A DNA stretch of 64,000 nt from NCBI RefSeq assembly GCF_963676685.1, contig NC_092348.1, positions 67,394,001-67,458,000 of the forward strand. Direction: 5' to 3'. This document shows, piece by piece, positions 50,642-64,000 of the stretch (positions are counted from its first letter, which is position 1; every line of letters starts with the position of its first letter). Made by a program: the position numbers and the translations under genes. Under the pieces are notes generated by a model. The model was given only the letters and a program-made list of their open reading frames with translations, searched no databases and was not told where the DNA came from. Source of the DNA: Mytilus edulis. Its lineage: Eukaryota.

Positions 50642-52613
50642 TATATATGCAAACAATATTCACCAGAATTATCAAATTAATTTTTTTACTACTTTTCAAT
50701 TCAAAACTAATATAAAGCTTTTATAAGTGGTAAAATTCAACATGATGGTCAATCCAATAATTAAAACACATTTTTTGATTTTTGCTATTACTATTTATAT
50801 TCACAATGTACATTAAATATTGATAAGCTAGAATTAATTCTTATTTTTTGGTGTTTCATAACAGATTCCATAAAAAGGCCTTGGTATCATCCATGTACTT
50901 CCATATTTGGCTTTTTGCTTTGTCATAGATGCAAAATTTATTGAGGGATAAATCCAGATCTTATCTGGAAACTGTCTTTTTTATCTAATTAAAAACAGTT
51001 TTAAATGCTATCATATATGAGAATTAATACCAGGATCTATATATTTAAAAAATAAGCAAGAATGTGCCCAACTTACATACATATGACATAGATGCCCCAC
51101 TCACACCATTATTTTCTATGTTCAGTGGACCGTGAAATAAGGATCAAAACTCTAATTTGGCATTAAAATTAGAAAGATCATATCATACAGAACATCTGTA
51201 CTAAGTTTCAAGTTGATTAGTTTCATCTTCATCAAAACTACATTGACCAAAAACTTTAATCTGAAGCAGGACAGACAGATGGACATGATGGACGAAATGA
51301 AGTACGGATGAATTAACAAAAAGTGGCACAGACTGAAAAAAATAATGGCCATAATTGAGGCATAAAAACAAAAATCAGTCTTTGGGACTGATATGGATTT
51401 TTGATGCTAATGGATTATTGTAAGGCACACACAATGTTTATTTAAATGAAAAAAAAATAATAAAATATTGTGACAGCAAGAATTGACTATATAAAAACAT
51501 TTGAAAAAGGGGATTCTTTATTGGGCATTTTGTGAAAAAAATCTTACTGGCACAAGAATACTTGAGGCATCAGCTGATGTAAAGAAACATCCATTTATCT
51601 ATTAATACTATGACCGTGGACAAACCTATGGTGTACTAGAAATATTTTGTCAAGGCAAGCATTATCATATTATCATATATGGTTTTGGGGTGGACATGAA
51701 TAAAAAGGAGAAATATAGTTATCACACTTGATGCAGTGGTAGCATTTATTTTATCTATATCCAAAATATGGAGCCTTATAAATTTTCAATATCTCTATAA
51801 AAGGAGTTAAAAAAGTAAATTGGATTTATGAGATCAACTAATCAATTATAAAATTATAAAGACATAAATACAACCATTAGAAAGATTATGTTTATAACTT
51901 AATGATAACAAATTAACACATGTTATTTATTGCAAAAATTTCATAATACATGATATTCATATATCATCATTATGGCTAATTCTAAGACATATTATAAATT
52001 AATCTCTTTCACACAAATTTGTTGAATATATGTTCAATTTTATTCAATTTAACTAAGTAACCAAATCACCCAAGGTAAATGAACAGGAATTACTTGGTGA
52101 TAAATACATAGGCCATCAACATTCAGCAGACACATACCCTATACACTGTCTTCTTTTCTTCATAAACATATTAAAAATGCTGAACATATAACTTTATACT
52201 GTACATATCTACAATACTGATTTGAATATCAAACAGGGTTTTCTTTACAAAATAAAAAAATACAAGGTTGATGTTGATGAGACAAAGTTCCCAAGTTATA
52301 CTGAGAAAAAAAACATATATGATGCAGTATATCACAAAATGAAAAGGGACAAGCTCAATACCAATACAAGTATGAAATAAAAAATAACAAATCTTTCTGT
52401 TTAATCATTTCCTAATTTATCCATACATGTAGTGTAGTTGTTGCAATCTTTTTCAGTAGTTTCAAAGAACTTCTGTTTGCAGTAATGATATCAGTCCTTG
52501 TTACACAAGGTTATTGGACAGTTTTAAACCAGAAATAAAACTGGTTTACCTGCCTAAATCTGACAGATTAAAGCATCTAATTCTCAAAAGATGATGTCCT
52601 TTTTTTAACTTCA

Positions 52614-55600
52614 TCACGTTTTATCCTTTTTTGTCTTATGTTTATGTGGTAAACGAGACTGTTCTAATGTTAATGAAGATGTTAGAATTTCCATCTGTAC
52701 ATCTCTTTCCTTTAGCATGTTTTTTAACTTCTGTATTTCTAATGCCTGATCGTCAATCTTAGTCTGCATTTCCAGTATTATCTGAAACCACAAATATTTG
52801 TATTAATAAGGAACAAAAACTTTAAAAATATTGTGGTCAAGTAGATGACGAAATAAAGTATTCTGAATCCAGATTTTCCCCATACCTTAGAGTGTTAAAT
52901 CTAGAAAATAATCACTTGATTGATAGCTTCGAGACAAAAAATATTTCTGCTTTGCGTGAAAAAATTTCTGACTCAAAGAAACTGAGTGCACATGCAAAAT
53001 TGTCTCGCCTTCTCTACTAAATATCTATTGCACATTGTCTTAATCTGACCTCTTTTTGCAAAACATTTATAATCTTAAAAGAAAAGATTTTCTTTGAAAC
53101 GGTCATAACAGAATGTTTGTATATTTTTCTTTTTTAAAAAATTTATACACATACAGAATTTTGTTATAAACATTTAATGAAGTTTAATAGTAAAAGTTAC
53201 ATATAGTACCTGATCTTTGGTCAAAAACAATTCACTTTGTAATAATTCCTTTGTTGTTGGTCTGTCTGAGTGCACACTATTGGTCATCTGTATCACAGCT
53301 TTTGCCTGGAAGTTAATATTTTAAAACATTTAGCTATACCAGCCAAATACAAACAATGTTAAAAGTTTACATGGATAAAAAAAAGGTATATACCTGAAGA
53401 ATTTAACACTTATTACCAGCACATCAATTACCATGACTGACAATGTTTTTTTTTTTCATTGTACATGTACTGTGTATTCATTATAATTCGATGAATACCA
53501 ATTTTTCGAGGATTTCCTGTGTACAGCTGAACCACAAAATAAAATGTTCAACAAATAACAAATTTTCTTAAGGCTTGAATACAGACTTTGGCAAAACAAT
53601 GAAATTAAATATTCATGAACATGTAAGTTTTCCTTAATCCACGAAAATTGGTACCCATGAAAATTAATGAATCCACTGTACTTATTTTATTTTATGAAGT
53701 TTCATTCACAAAAGACAATTTTACTGTATAAACAACGATATAAAACACATAAAAAGAAGTAGCTTGTGCATCCTATTTATATTACTATATAACATTGATC
53801 TAATTTTTTTTCTTCCAAGAAATGGTTTCTTAATTCTTTAAGTCCCCATTTGTATTTTTTTTTTTAGCAGTTACTGTTCTTTTCTGTGCTGTCCAATCTT
53901 ACTATCACTGAAAATCCAATATTGGAAAATTTACAAATTCTTTGCATTTATAACCCAAAATACACTGAACATCAAATATTAGAAAATTTACAAATTCTTT
54001 GCATTTATAGCCCAAAATACATTTTAAAAAAATTCATTCATATTGAACATGCTCAGATTTAGTTTGTTTTATAATTTCAGAAAAAACCTGATTTGAAGTG
54101 CCCGAAAAAATGCTACAAAATTTTAAAACTGCAAAATATGGAAGAATATATAAATATTCCGTTAACAGGAAGTTGTTTAGTCAATCTGTTTATGAAAACG
54201 AATTGCACAGTATAGCATGCTCATATCAAGCTTACTACAAAATATCAGGAAACTCTGATTTGTAGTTCCTGAAAAATTTGAGATAAAATTTATAGAATTG
54301 TAGATGGAAACTTGGACAGACAGATGTTGACTAGTAAACCTTCTTATTTCTAAGCAAGGTATAATTATGATATATATTGAAAATGTGATCATACTTGTTC
54401 TGGCCAATGTTGTAAGATCTGTGCATCTATTTCTCCCTGTCTAAGCAATTCTAAACTTTTATACTTTTCCATGTCAGTTTTAAACCAATGAAACAGTTCA
54501 TATAATATCACGCCCAAACTGTATATGTCACTCTGAAATAAAAATAAATAGTTACTTATGGTTATCATTGAAATGAATTATTGCTGTGATTTATTGTTAA
54601 AAAACAAGAATTTTACAATTGTCTGCCCATGTGAGTTTATTAACATTTATTCATGCATGAGTGGAGTGTGTGATGCTCTTAATCATTTTAATACATACAA
54701 CTGCAATTCCAACTGGCTATTTTTTTTTAAAATTTACTAACTATATAATTTGTTCTAGTTATAAAATTTCTCAACAGATTGTTTAATTGAGTTAGTTCAA
54801 TATCAATTATTTCATGCATATATAGAACAAGAAACAATAAGAGGGTTTTGCAAGATATGTTGACCAGGATGAACAAAAGTAGGAATAAGGCAGGTAGGAA
54901 TTTTGTACTTCCCCTGGTTGGTTCAGAGCAGGATATTCTCTTAAAACAGGCTACTTATTGACAAAAAAAAAGAGCTGAGACAGTGTTTTTTTTTCACATA
55001 CAGAGAGCTTATCACTATAACAACAAAAGGCATCAAATTTAACATCTCAACTCTGACACCCCTGTTTAGCAAGGATTTCAATGCAGACTAGGAGATCTAA
55101 AGGACTAGGTGACCATATTTCTATACCTAAGTTAGCCTAAGAGTGGCATCACAGATTAAAGTCGTTTATCAGTATAACTAAAAATATCAAAATGATCATT
55201 CATTTTACAAACGCAAGATATTGCATTACAAAGCAAGCATAGAACATGACACAGATTTTAATTCTTCTTTTTCAACCACTGTTACGATGAAAAATAAATC
55301 TATAGATAGCTCATTGATCAAAAAGGTAACCATTGAACCCATTTCAGTCTATTTTATGTACATAAACAATTTTACCTTATTTGTATAAACCGATCCTTGC
55401 AGTTGTTCAGGAGCCCCATAGGTTGATGTTCCAACACCAGTTGTATGTGTATCCCAATAAAATTTATCTGAAGAAAGAAAAAATAAATTGGTTCTTATTA
55501 TTCTATGATATGTTAGCAGAATAACTTTGTGACCTTGGTGACAGGCTGTCTTAGTAGTTTATTAACTGTATCACTTGCTTTTCAACACTGATATTTAGAA

Positions 55601-58600
55601 TTTGAACCCTGCACATGGCAGGTGTATTCAACTCCAATCTTAATTGACTAGAATTGTCAGTTTTCCTGTCAAAGGTCAGGACTCTCTGCAGGCAAGTTTG
55701 CTTCCTACTACAGTAAAAACTGACTGCAATGATGTTGCTCAAAAGTACTGGAAGTGGCATTAACCACCAACAATCAATCTATCAATCAGAATACCTTTAT
55801 CTGCCCTTACTTTCAATAATAAGTTATGATAATAAATGTTTTTATTTATACAGTCTTTTTTTTATCAGCCTTGACCATGATATTGCTACAACTTTGCAGA
55901 TTAAAATTAATATATTTCAAGGAATACATGTAACATACCTGGACATTCCAAGGGTGATGGTGTTAACAAAGCATCTTCTCGTCCAGAATTTCTCAAATCA
56001 TCTTTAGCTAATCCAAAGTCACCTATCTTTACATGAAGCAGATGACCTTGAAGAAATATATTTCTGGGCTGAAATTACAAAACACTTTGAGTATCATAAG
56101 ATTAACCCACATATCCAGGAGAAAAAAGTTAATCCATATATATCTACCCTGTAATAAAAGTATACTGTGGATTTTTATAATTCATTTGATACCATTTTTT
56201 GTTGATTTCTATAGTCGCCGTCAGCTGAAATTCGTAGCGGTTATCGGTAAAAATAATCTAAACAATCAATCACGTTCACTCGAGATATAGTTTTTCACAT
56301 TCCATTCATAAATCACAAAAAGAAAAACCACTACTGACCTACCTTTTAAGTGATTGCACTGTAATAATCCTGACCTTCACTTTTTCATAGACGATTTTGA
56401 ATGGTGGAATCAGCCATTGTTTTTACCGGAAGTGTTTCCGTGGAGTTCAATTTCATAAAATTTGCATAAAGCGCGGGAAACCTTATCACATCAATGAAAG
56501 GAACATTTCAGGAAACTGCGTACAGTGACGAATGTCAAATGTAAACAAATGATCCTCATAGAAACGAAGATGGCGGAATTACAATGGAAAATATTCTGGA
56601 AAATGTGAAGGTCAGGATTATTACAGTGTGATCACTTAAAAGGTAGGTCAGTAGTGGTTTTTCTTTTTGCGATTTATGAATGGAATGTGAAAAACTATAT
56701 CTCGAGTGAACGTGATTGATAGTTTAGATTATTTTTACCGATAACCCCTACGAATTTCAGCTGACGGCGACTATATATAAAAATTAAAGATGAATTCAAA
56801 TGTTCTACAATACATAACTGTCTTGTATGCTGACTTCAGCAAAACCATGATATCAAATGTACAAGAAAATACAATTTTCCATCAATTGACAATGATTGAT
56901 AAAAAAATGATATTCAGGAAATTTTTTAAAAAAAATTCCACAGTGTACCCTTTTCTAATTTCTAAGCATGGTTTTCTATTGTCAAGAAAGGGTATAATAA
57001 TTAGGCATATACAAATGTAAATTCTTACTCTTATTAATTTATCACCTAATTACAGCATCAGACATGTATCTTGGAACTTTTGTTTGCAGTGATAGATTCT
57101 AAGAGATATTCAATAAAATTGATAGTCTAGTTCTTTTTTGTACAATAAATAAATCGTTTTGTCATACATATCTGATCAATGTTCCCTAGTAAGGTGACAT
57201 TTCAATCAAATCCAATTACACGTTTTAAGAGGAATTATGCTTGTTTGGTAAAATAGACATGTTGAACATAACCTTTGGAGAATAAGTAAAGTACAGTCTA
57301 CTCCTTTATTTGTACTTACTTTCAGATCTCTATGTATCAGACCATTGGAATGGATAAAGTCTTCTCCTTTATTTGTACTTACTTTCATATCTCTATGTAT
57401 CAGACCATTGGAATGGATAAAGTCTTCTCCTTTATTTGTACTTACTTTCAGATCTCTATGTATCAGACCATTGGAATGGATAAAGTCTTCTCCTTTATTT
57501 GTACTTACTTTCAGATCTCTATGTATCAGACCATTGGAATGGATAAAGTCTACTCCTTTTACTAACTGTTTAAATATCCTCATGTTAGCTGCTGCATTTG
57601 TCTTAAACTCTGAAATAAAAAAGATAAAAAATATAACATTTTGATATTCATTTATTCTGAATGTTGAACAACTTTTACTAAAAAAATTGACAATGAAATG
57701 TACATGTATGTTTTCCCCAAGCAAACATATGAATGCCAATATAAAATATTAACAAAAAAATCAGTTAGTTGCTGCTTTAATTGACCAACAAGAGTATGCA
57801 TGAATATCTATTTGTTATGATGCCTAACATTGATTTTAACAATTGTCATGCATGCAATTTCTATCATACATTTGGAATTAGGTTTAAATTCATTGAAATT
57901 TGACAGGCTCTAGTGATGTACCACAGTTATCATTGACCATTAAGAAAATTAGATCCAAAGCCTTTTGTCTCAAATTAAAAATTTACTCAGTGCTGAAAGT
58001 TCAAAATTTGTTCTAATGAAACAAATTCCGTGAGTATTGAATAGTTTGATTTTTGAGTCAATAATATCATACTCAACATTTTCATAACCACAAGGCCTGG
58101 CCTCGCGGTCATAAAACTTTTGAGCATGGTTTTTGTACTCAGACTCGAAAATCAACCAATCAAATTGCTGGATTTCATGTTTCGAGCATGATCTTTGTGC
58201 TCCGAGTTTTATGCCTTCAAGGCCAGAACTTCATGAAGTTTTTGGAACACAGATATATATTAGACTGATTCTGTTATACATAATACTTACCAAGAAATGA
58301 AGAACATTGAGTATTTCTTTTCTGCATGTATTCCCTGAGTGTCACACTACATAATTCCATTTGTATAAACAATGTTACATGAATCTGAGTGAAAATAATA
58401 CAATAATGTTTTCATTAATAAATATTATTTTTGTCACACTATATGATTACCAGTACACATTATGTGGATTTATTTATTTTGTTGGTGCTATTTTATAGTA
58501 GTTTCAGACAACTTGCAATTGTGTGGCTATTTGATTTCGTGAATTTGCAAAAACTGCATGCAAGTTTATAGAAAAGTTTTTATTGGTTAAACATTCTCCT

Positions 58601-61442
58601 GTTTCTATGAAATCCACTAAATCTGGTATTCCATGAGTAATAATTATTCTACAGTAGTCCACGGGGTGTAAAAAAAATGTATATGAAATTTAAAATACTT
58701 AGGAATATTTGTTACAGAAGCTATGTCACAGTATTATCTTTTTATCTTTTTACTTAAACCATACATGTTTTAAAAGATTCTCTTTAACAAAATGTAGAAT
58801 GAATTACACTATGAAGGTACCAACAATAAAAATCTAAGTTTTTTGTCATCAGCAATTAAAAATGAAAAAAAAAACGTGATTATTTTATAGACTTGGTTCA
58901 GGTATTTTTGTTGATTGATTCAAAGAATAATCTGTAGTGGTTAGCCTATGGGACTACAAACACAAAGATTCCTGGTTCATTCATGTTCTTGGAAAAAATT
59001 TCAGGGACTGAATTTTCGTCTCTCCCTTGACACCATTTGCGAGTATGGTCTTGAGAAACAATGGTAGTCCGTCAGAGGGAGGTTATAAATGGCTGACCCA
59101 TGTTAAGAGAGAGCAATATCTCTTTCAAATAAAAGACACCCTTGTAAATTTCTAAAAAGAGCAGGATAATGCTGATACATGGCAGTACTTCGTCAGCAAA
59201 GTGTAAAGGGATTAATATAGTTGAAATAACTTGTTTCCCAATCCACTATAAATATATATGTATAAAATAAAAATAAAAATTTATGTAGATTAAACCTTAT
59301 CAGTCCTTCACTTTCACTAAAAAAAAAACAGAAAAATATATATGAAGTATATAATCAAGTGACTTACTCTGGAATGGATGTTATCTTCACTGTAATGATG
59401 ATAGCCCAACAAAACCTGTTTATCATGTGAATGGTCATGTGACTTGTTTCTACATGTTAAGCAATCACAGCTGATACTTCTCCTAATTCTACCGGGTCTA
59501 TCCCAAAAGGTATCAATATGTGATACATCGTCCCATGCTTGTCCAAAATTACTTGTCTTTTCATTAAACTCAGATTCAAAGAATTTAGAAGTACAGCTAT
59601 GTTTCGGAACAGTTTTATGAATAACTTTATCACCACTTCCACTGTTTGTGTATTTACTTTCTTTGCCTCTGAGCATTTCACATGCTTCACAGTAATCCGA
59701 CTGTGACATGATTTCAACTGGTTCCCAACCGTCAGTTAATTCAACCAGTTTAGGTAGGCTGCTGGGGTTGTTGTCCATTGAATAGTCATTGTCAAATTTA
59801 ACATGAGAATCAAATATAATGCTATCCCCCAAATCTGTAGACTTGGAATGATTTATTCTGTAAATAGAAACACATGTTATACTATCATTAAATACTTGTT
59901 TTGGTTCTTTAAAAGCAAGGCACACAAAACCTCAATTCCTATCTACAGTATTATTTTTCTCCTGCCTTATACATGTTATACATAATGATAATGTCAACAT
60001 GGACGTAATTTCATATTGCATAGATTATCTGTTTTTCTGCATGTAGAGGTTAAACATCAGCTGCATATCATAAAAATGATCATTAAATGGACATAATTTT
60101 TCAATCAGTTTAATTGAAGTCTGGAGCTGGCATGTCAGTTAACTACTAGTAGTCTGTTATTTATGTATTATTGTCATTTTGTTTATTTTCTTTGTTTACA
60201 TCTTCTGACATCGGACTCAGACTTCTCTTGAACAGAATTTTAATGTGTGTATTGTTATGCGTTTACTTTTTGGCATTAGCTAGGTATAGGGGAAGGGTTG
60301 AGATCTCACAAACATGTTTAACCCCGCCGCATTTTTGCGCCTGTCCCAAATCAGGAGCCTCTGGCCTTTGTTAGTCTTGTATTATTTTTAGTTTCTTGTG
60401 TACAATTTGGAGTTTAGTATGGTGTTCATTATCACTGAACCAGTATATATTTGTTTAGGGGCCAGCTGAAGGACGCCTCTGGGTGCGAGAATTTCTCGTT
60501 GCATTGAAGACCTGTTGGTGACCTTCTGCTGTTGTTTGCTCTATGGTAGGGTTGTTGTCTCTTTGTCACATTCCCCATTTCCATTCTAAATTTTATTGAA
60601 TCCTGTAATTCAGTGGTTGTCGTTACTTTATGTGTTACATATTTGTTTTTCGTTCATTTTTTTTGTACATAAATTAGGCCGTTAGTTTTCTCATTTGAAT
60701 TGTTTTACATTGTCATTTCGGAGCCTTTTATAACTGACTATGCGGTATGGGCTTTGCTCATTGTTGAAGGTTGTACGGTGTTAATTTATGTGTTATTTTG
60801 GTCTTTTGTGGAGAATTGTCTCATTGGTAATCATACCACATCTTCTTTTTTTATATTTAAACATACAATGATGCATTTTTGGACAAACATGATATCACCA
60901 CTGAAAATTAACCCGCTGTTATAACAATTATCGGAATGTCTGGGTGTTGTTCAGGTCTTCAAGAACAAACGTTTAGGGTTACAACAAATCAGGAACAGCA
61001 AAATTTTCAAATGAGTTAACATGATAAATGTGTTCTATCCCATCTTGGCAGTAACAACAATTCAAATCACACAATAATCAGAAACTTATGGTTATAAACT
61101 TTAGAGCGTGTTTTGAGTTCGACTTCTTCAAAATTAACATGGTCTCATCTGAATTTTTAGCAAAATGAAAAAAAAAATTTGGTTTAAATTAAAAATAACT
61201 TAAAGTTATGGATTTTTTAAAATACTGAAAAACATATCCCCTAAGAGAAAAAAAATAATAAATTATGGTCTGATCACAAAATCCATTAAAACTCTATTCA
61301 CCACAACTTTCAGACTAAATTGCAGCCCTAATTTTATTTTGTTTATAAACAATTCCACCATACTGAAAACAAACTTCTAAGTACCTGCTCTCTCTACTGG
61401 AAATACTCTCATCTGAAGATACAACTTTAGTGCCAGGAATAT
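52614..61442 (-). CDS. EIF2AK1: eIF2-alpha kinase 1 (HRI-like), 5'-partial, 9 exons in window
   Basis: Exons 61442-61385, 59857-59368 (kinase insert), 58384-58291 (LFIQMELC), 57609-57509 (IHRDLK), 56068-55939 (PRNIFL...KIGDFGLA), 55467-55376 (HTTGVGTSTYGAPEQ), 54532-54395 (SDIYSLGVILYELF), 53305-53210, 52781-52614 (coiled-coil tail); phases all compatible. Confidence 0.88.
56212..56773. mobile_element. Fold-back MITE with ~165-bp TIRs
   Basis: TAGTCGCCGTCAGCTGAAATTCGTAG / CTACGAATTTCAGCTGACGGCGACTA; TA flanks. Confidence 0.75.
57295..57559 (-). repeat. 63-bp tandem repeat (4 copies) spanning the HRDLK exon/intron boundary
   Basis: Candidate exon ends before GTAAGT at 57509, 57446, 57383, 57320. 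Confidence 0.92.
60105..60595 (-). repeat. Dispersed repeat family copy
   Basis: Reverse complement of ~31488-32000. Confidence 0.7.
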
Positions 61443-64000
61443 CTATAAATATGCAATTATATATAATAATACCAATGTACTGTAAATTTAGAAAAGATTG
61501 TGATGTTTTAATTTACGGGAACAATGAGACATTACTAGGTTTGCAATAATAAAAAGTAGCATTCATAATTTCAGTGATATTCCTTCAAAAACATTTTGTA
61601 TTTCCAATCATTATATTTCTGATTTTGTCAGTGTTCACAGGTAACTAATAACAAAATTTAATTTACACATTATTTTCAAAATTTACAGTAATATACACAG
61701 ATAAACTAGGAGAAAAAGGTCAATCATTTTGACGATTAATTTACTCGATATTACTAAAACAAAAGAAAAATTGAAGTTTGGTAAAAGTTTACCATATAGG
61801 CATAAGAATCAAAAAGTAAACAGTAAACTTAAGGTAAGGTTTGCGTACACAGGGAGATAACTCAAATTCAAATAATTGAAAAAAGGAGGGATCCGCCATT
61901 TTGAATTGCTTTGATTAACCAATGTTCGATAACTACAATATTATCGAAAATAAAACAACACCTCCCTCAAAATCGCCGTTTTGATGTAATTTTATCAAAA
62001 TTTGAATCGTACAAGTAACGTTATGACCTTCAGTTTGTTAGTTTTCATTTATATGACGTCACATTAAGCCGTAACGTCTTTGTGCAAAAACCATTCATAA
62101 AGTTTCGCGGAATTTTATTTTATTTCATTTCATAAATGTACATTTTCATGCCCCTGCCGTAGCAAGGGGCTATTGAGTTTTATCCTTGTCTGTTTGTACG
62201 TCCATCCGAATGTACGTCCTTTTCTACAAAATTGGTTTCCGTTCTCTAACTTTAGTTTGCCTCAACCAACTGATATATAAAACTTATGCATAATGCTTTT
62301 TACCACAAAAACACAGAATAAATTTGAATTTTGATGTCGTCACTTTTACAGTTCTAGATTTATGAGGGGTCGGACAGGGTACACATTTCTCCTTTCTCCC
62401 GTCCTTTTCTCTTGTCACCTGCCGTAAAACCTTTAAAAAAAACTAATGTATGGGAAGCTCATTTCAACAGAAATTGATCTAATATCTTGTGTTTTGATGG
62501 CTTGTCCCCGTCCTGTCCTTTCACAAGATAGAAGTGTTTTTTATTCTGCTTCAAGAACCCCGATAATTTTTTCACTGACTGTTAAGCTGTCTCTTTCATT
62601 GAATTTGTAAGTCTGATGCACGCCGTTTCCGATTTTTTATAAAGTATAAATACAAATTATAGAAACGCAGGATTGAGTGAAAAACGGCACATTTTTTGTG
62701 ACACTTTTAGTCAATTTCGTTTAAAATGGTTGGAATTTACATAATGCGCCACTGATGTGTTTTACTTATAGAGGATGCATATATATATTCTCAGATATTT
62801 TTATTGCATAATTTTTACGAATGACAGAATGTTGACTTGGTCTTTCAAATGTACAGTTTGCAAGGTTTATCCGCAAATACGCACACAACCCACACGTTTA
62901 CATCATTCGAAATATATGTTATTTTATCAATCACTTTTACAACTGACGGAATGTTTCTAATCGTATTTTTTTTTATGGATGCATTAAAAATGTGTCTTTC
63001 AGACACACCTATTGTATTGTGTCGTCCTGAACATACCTGAAGTATTTGCCACCGGACATTTTACAACCCCTAATCAAACAAACTTCTATGCATATCAGTC
63101 AACTTTGAATTAATTTATCTAAAAACAAGGATGGTAACTGGTGTCTCTACACATGCATGGACTCACAAATAATCCGGGAAATTGTTAGTTTTTAGTCTTT
63201 CTCCGTATATATATAAGAGATCATAATGAAGTAGTAACGACACTCGGAGTATTTTTATGAGGTCGTTTTCTGTATTTTTCGTTTCTGTTCTCTATCTTTA
63301 GTTTGCTTCAACCAAATGTTATAAAATTTATACGTAATGCTTTATAATGGTTTATATTTATGCAAGAGGGGGCATCATCAATGTCCCATGGACACATTCC
63401 TTCAAACTCAGAGTCTTGTACATGTATTAGTACACAAATATGACCAAATTTAAACACCTCCCCTTCCGACTGATAGTTGTGGGCATAAAAGTTAAGGGAC
63501 GACATCAAAAGTTCAATGTAGGATAACAAAAAACAACTTAATTCACATAGTTTGTTCACTGACCCCCTCCCCCGTCTTAACTTAATTTGGGAAAAATTTG
63601 ATTGACCAATATGGATATATGTAAAATCGATGTCAAATTAATAAAAACTTGCAGCAACTTTTATCCCCCCCCCCCCCAAACTATTTGAATTCAGTTTTTT
63701 TTATCCTACATTGATCTTTTGATGTCATCCCTAAGTTAATCACTGTTTTCTCTCATTGATTATGGTCAATCCAAAAGTGTTACAAGACAAAATGATTCTT
63801 TGTAAAAAGATGCTATTAAAGATGACTCTCTTCTTTGGAGATCAACGAACAAAATATTTTTGTGTTTTACAGAAATGACAACATGAACACATAACGCCGA
63901 TTTCCGTAAAAACGAGTTGGGGGACATACCAATTTTATTAGCTCATTGCAATGCAAATAGTTAAATCCTAAAGTTCACAGTTTTTTATTTTTATTAAATT

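Noticed and set aside
57332-57644. Plus-strand repeat ORFs (77 and 99 aa)
   Set aside because: Antisense shadows of the 63-bp kinase repeat
61500-64000. Further upstream EIF2AK1 exons
   Set aside because: No kinase subdomain I-IV sequence recognised; region is repeat fragments, so remaining exons probably lie beyond the window
1-64000. Remaining short ORFs (60-130 aa), tRNA and rRNA genes
   Set aside because: No recognisable domains, splice context or RNA gene structure seen

Overview
AT-rich, intron- and repeat-rich animal genomic DNA; the repeat families suggest a bivalve, probably Mytilus (inference, not verified). Five spliced host genes can be reconstructed by hand: HSBP1 (minus strand, with an AT-AC U12 intron), a secreted multi-furin-site cystine-knot (spaetzle/neurotrophin-like) precursor (+), GNB1L (-), an orphan repeat protein (+), and the 3' part of the eIF2-alpha kinase EIF2AK1/HRI (-), whose catalytic-loop exon end is tandemly amplified. 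Mobile DNA includes an intact PIF/Harbinger transposon, a decayed RTE LINE with nested insertions, Ginger2-, Mutator-, P-, hAT- and Helentron-like non-autonomous elements, and a 54-bp mini-retroposon. The standout is 9423-14051: two nested Penelope-like RT elements with no detectable endonuclease. Each has long inverted arms, a 6-bp target duplication and its own hammerhead ribozyme (type I in one, type III in the other), and both end in the same CpG-rich (CGCGAAAA)n fold-back module. One arm starts exactly at the predicted ribozyme cleavage site.
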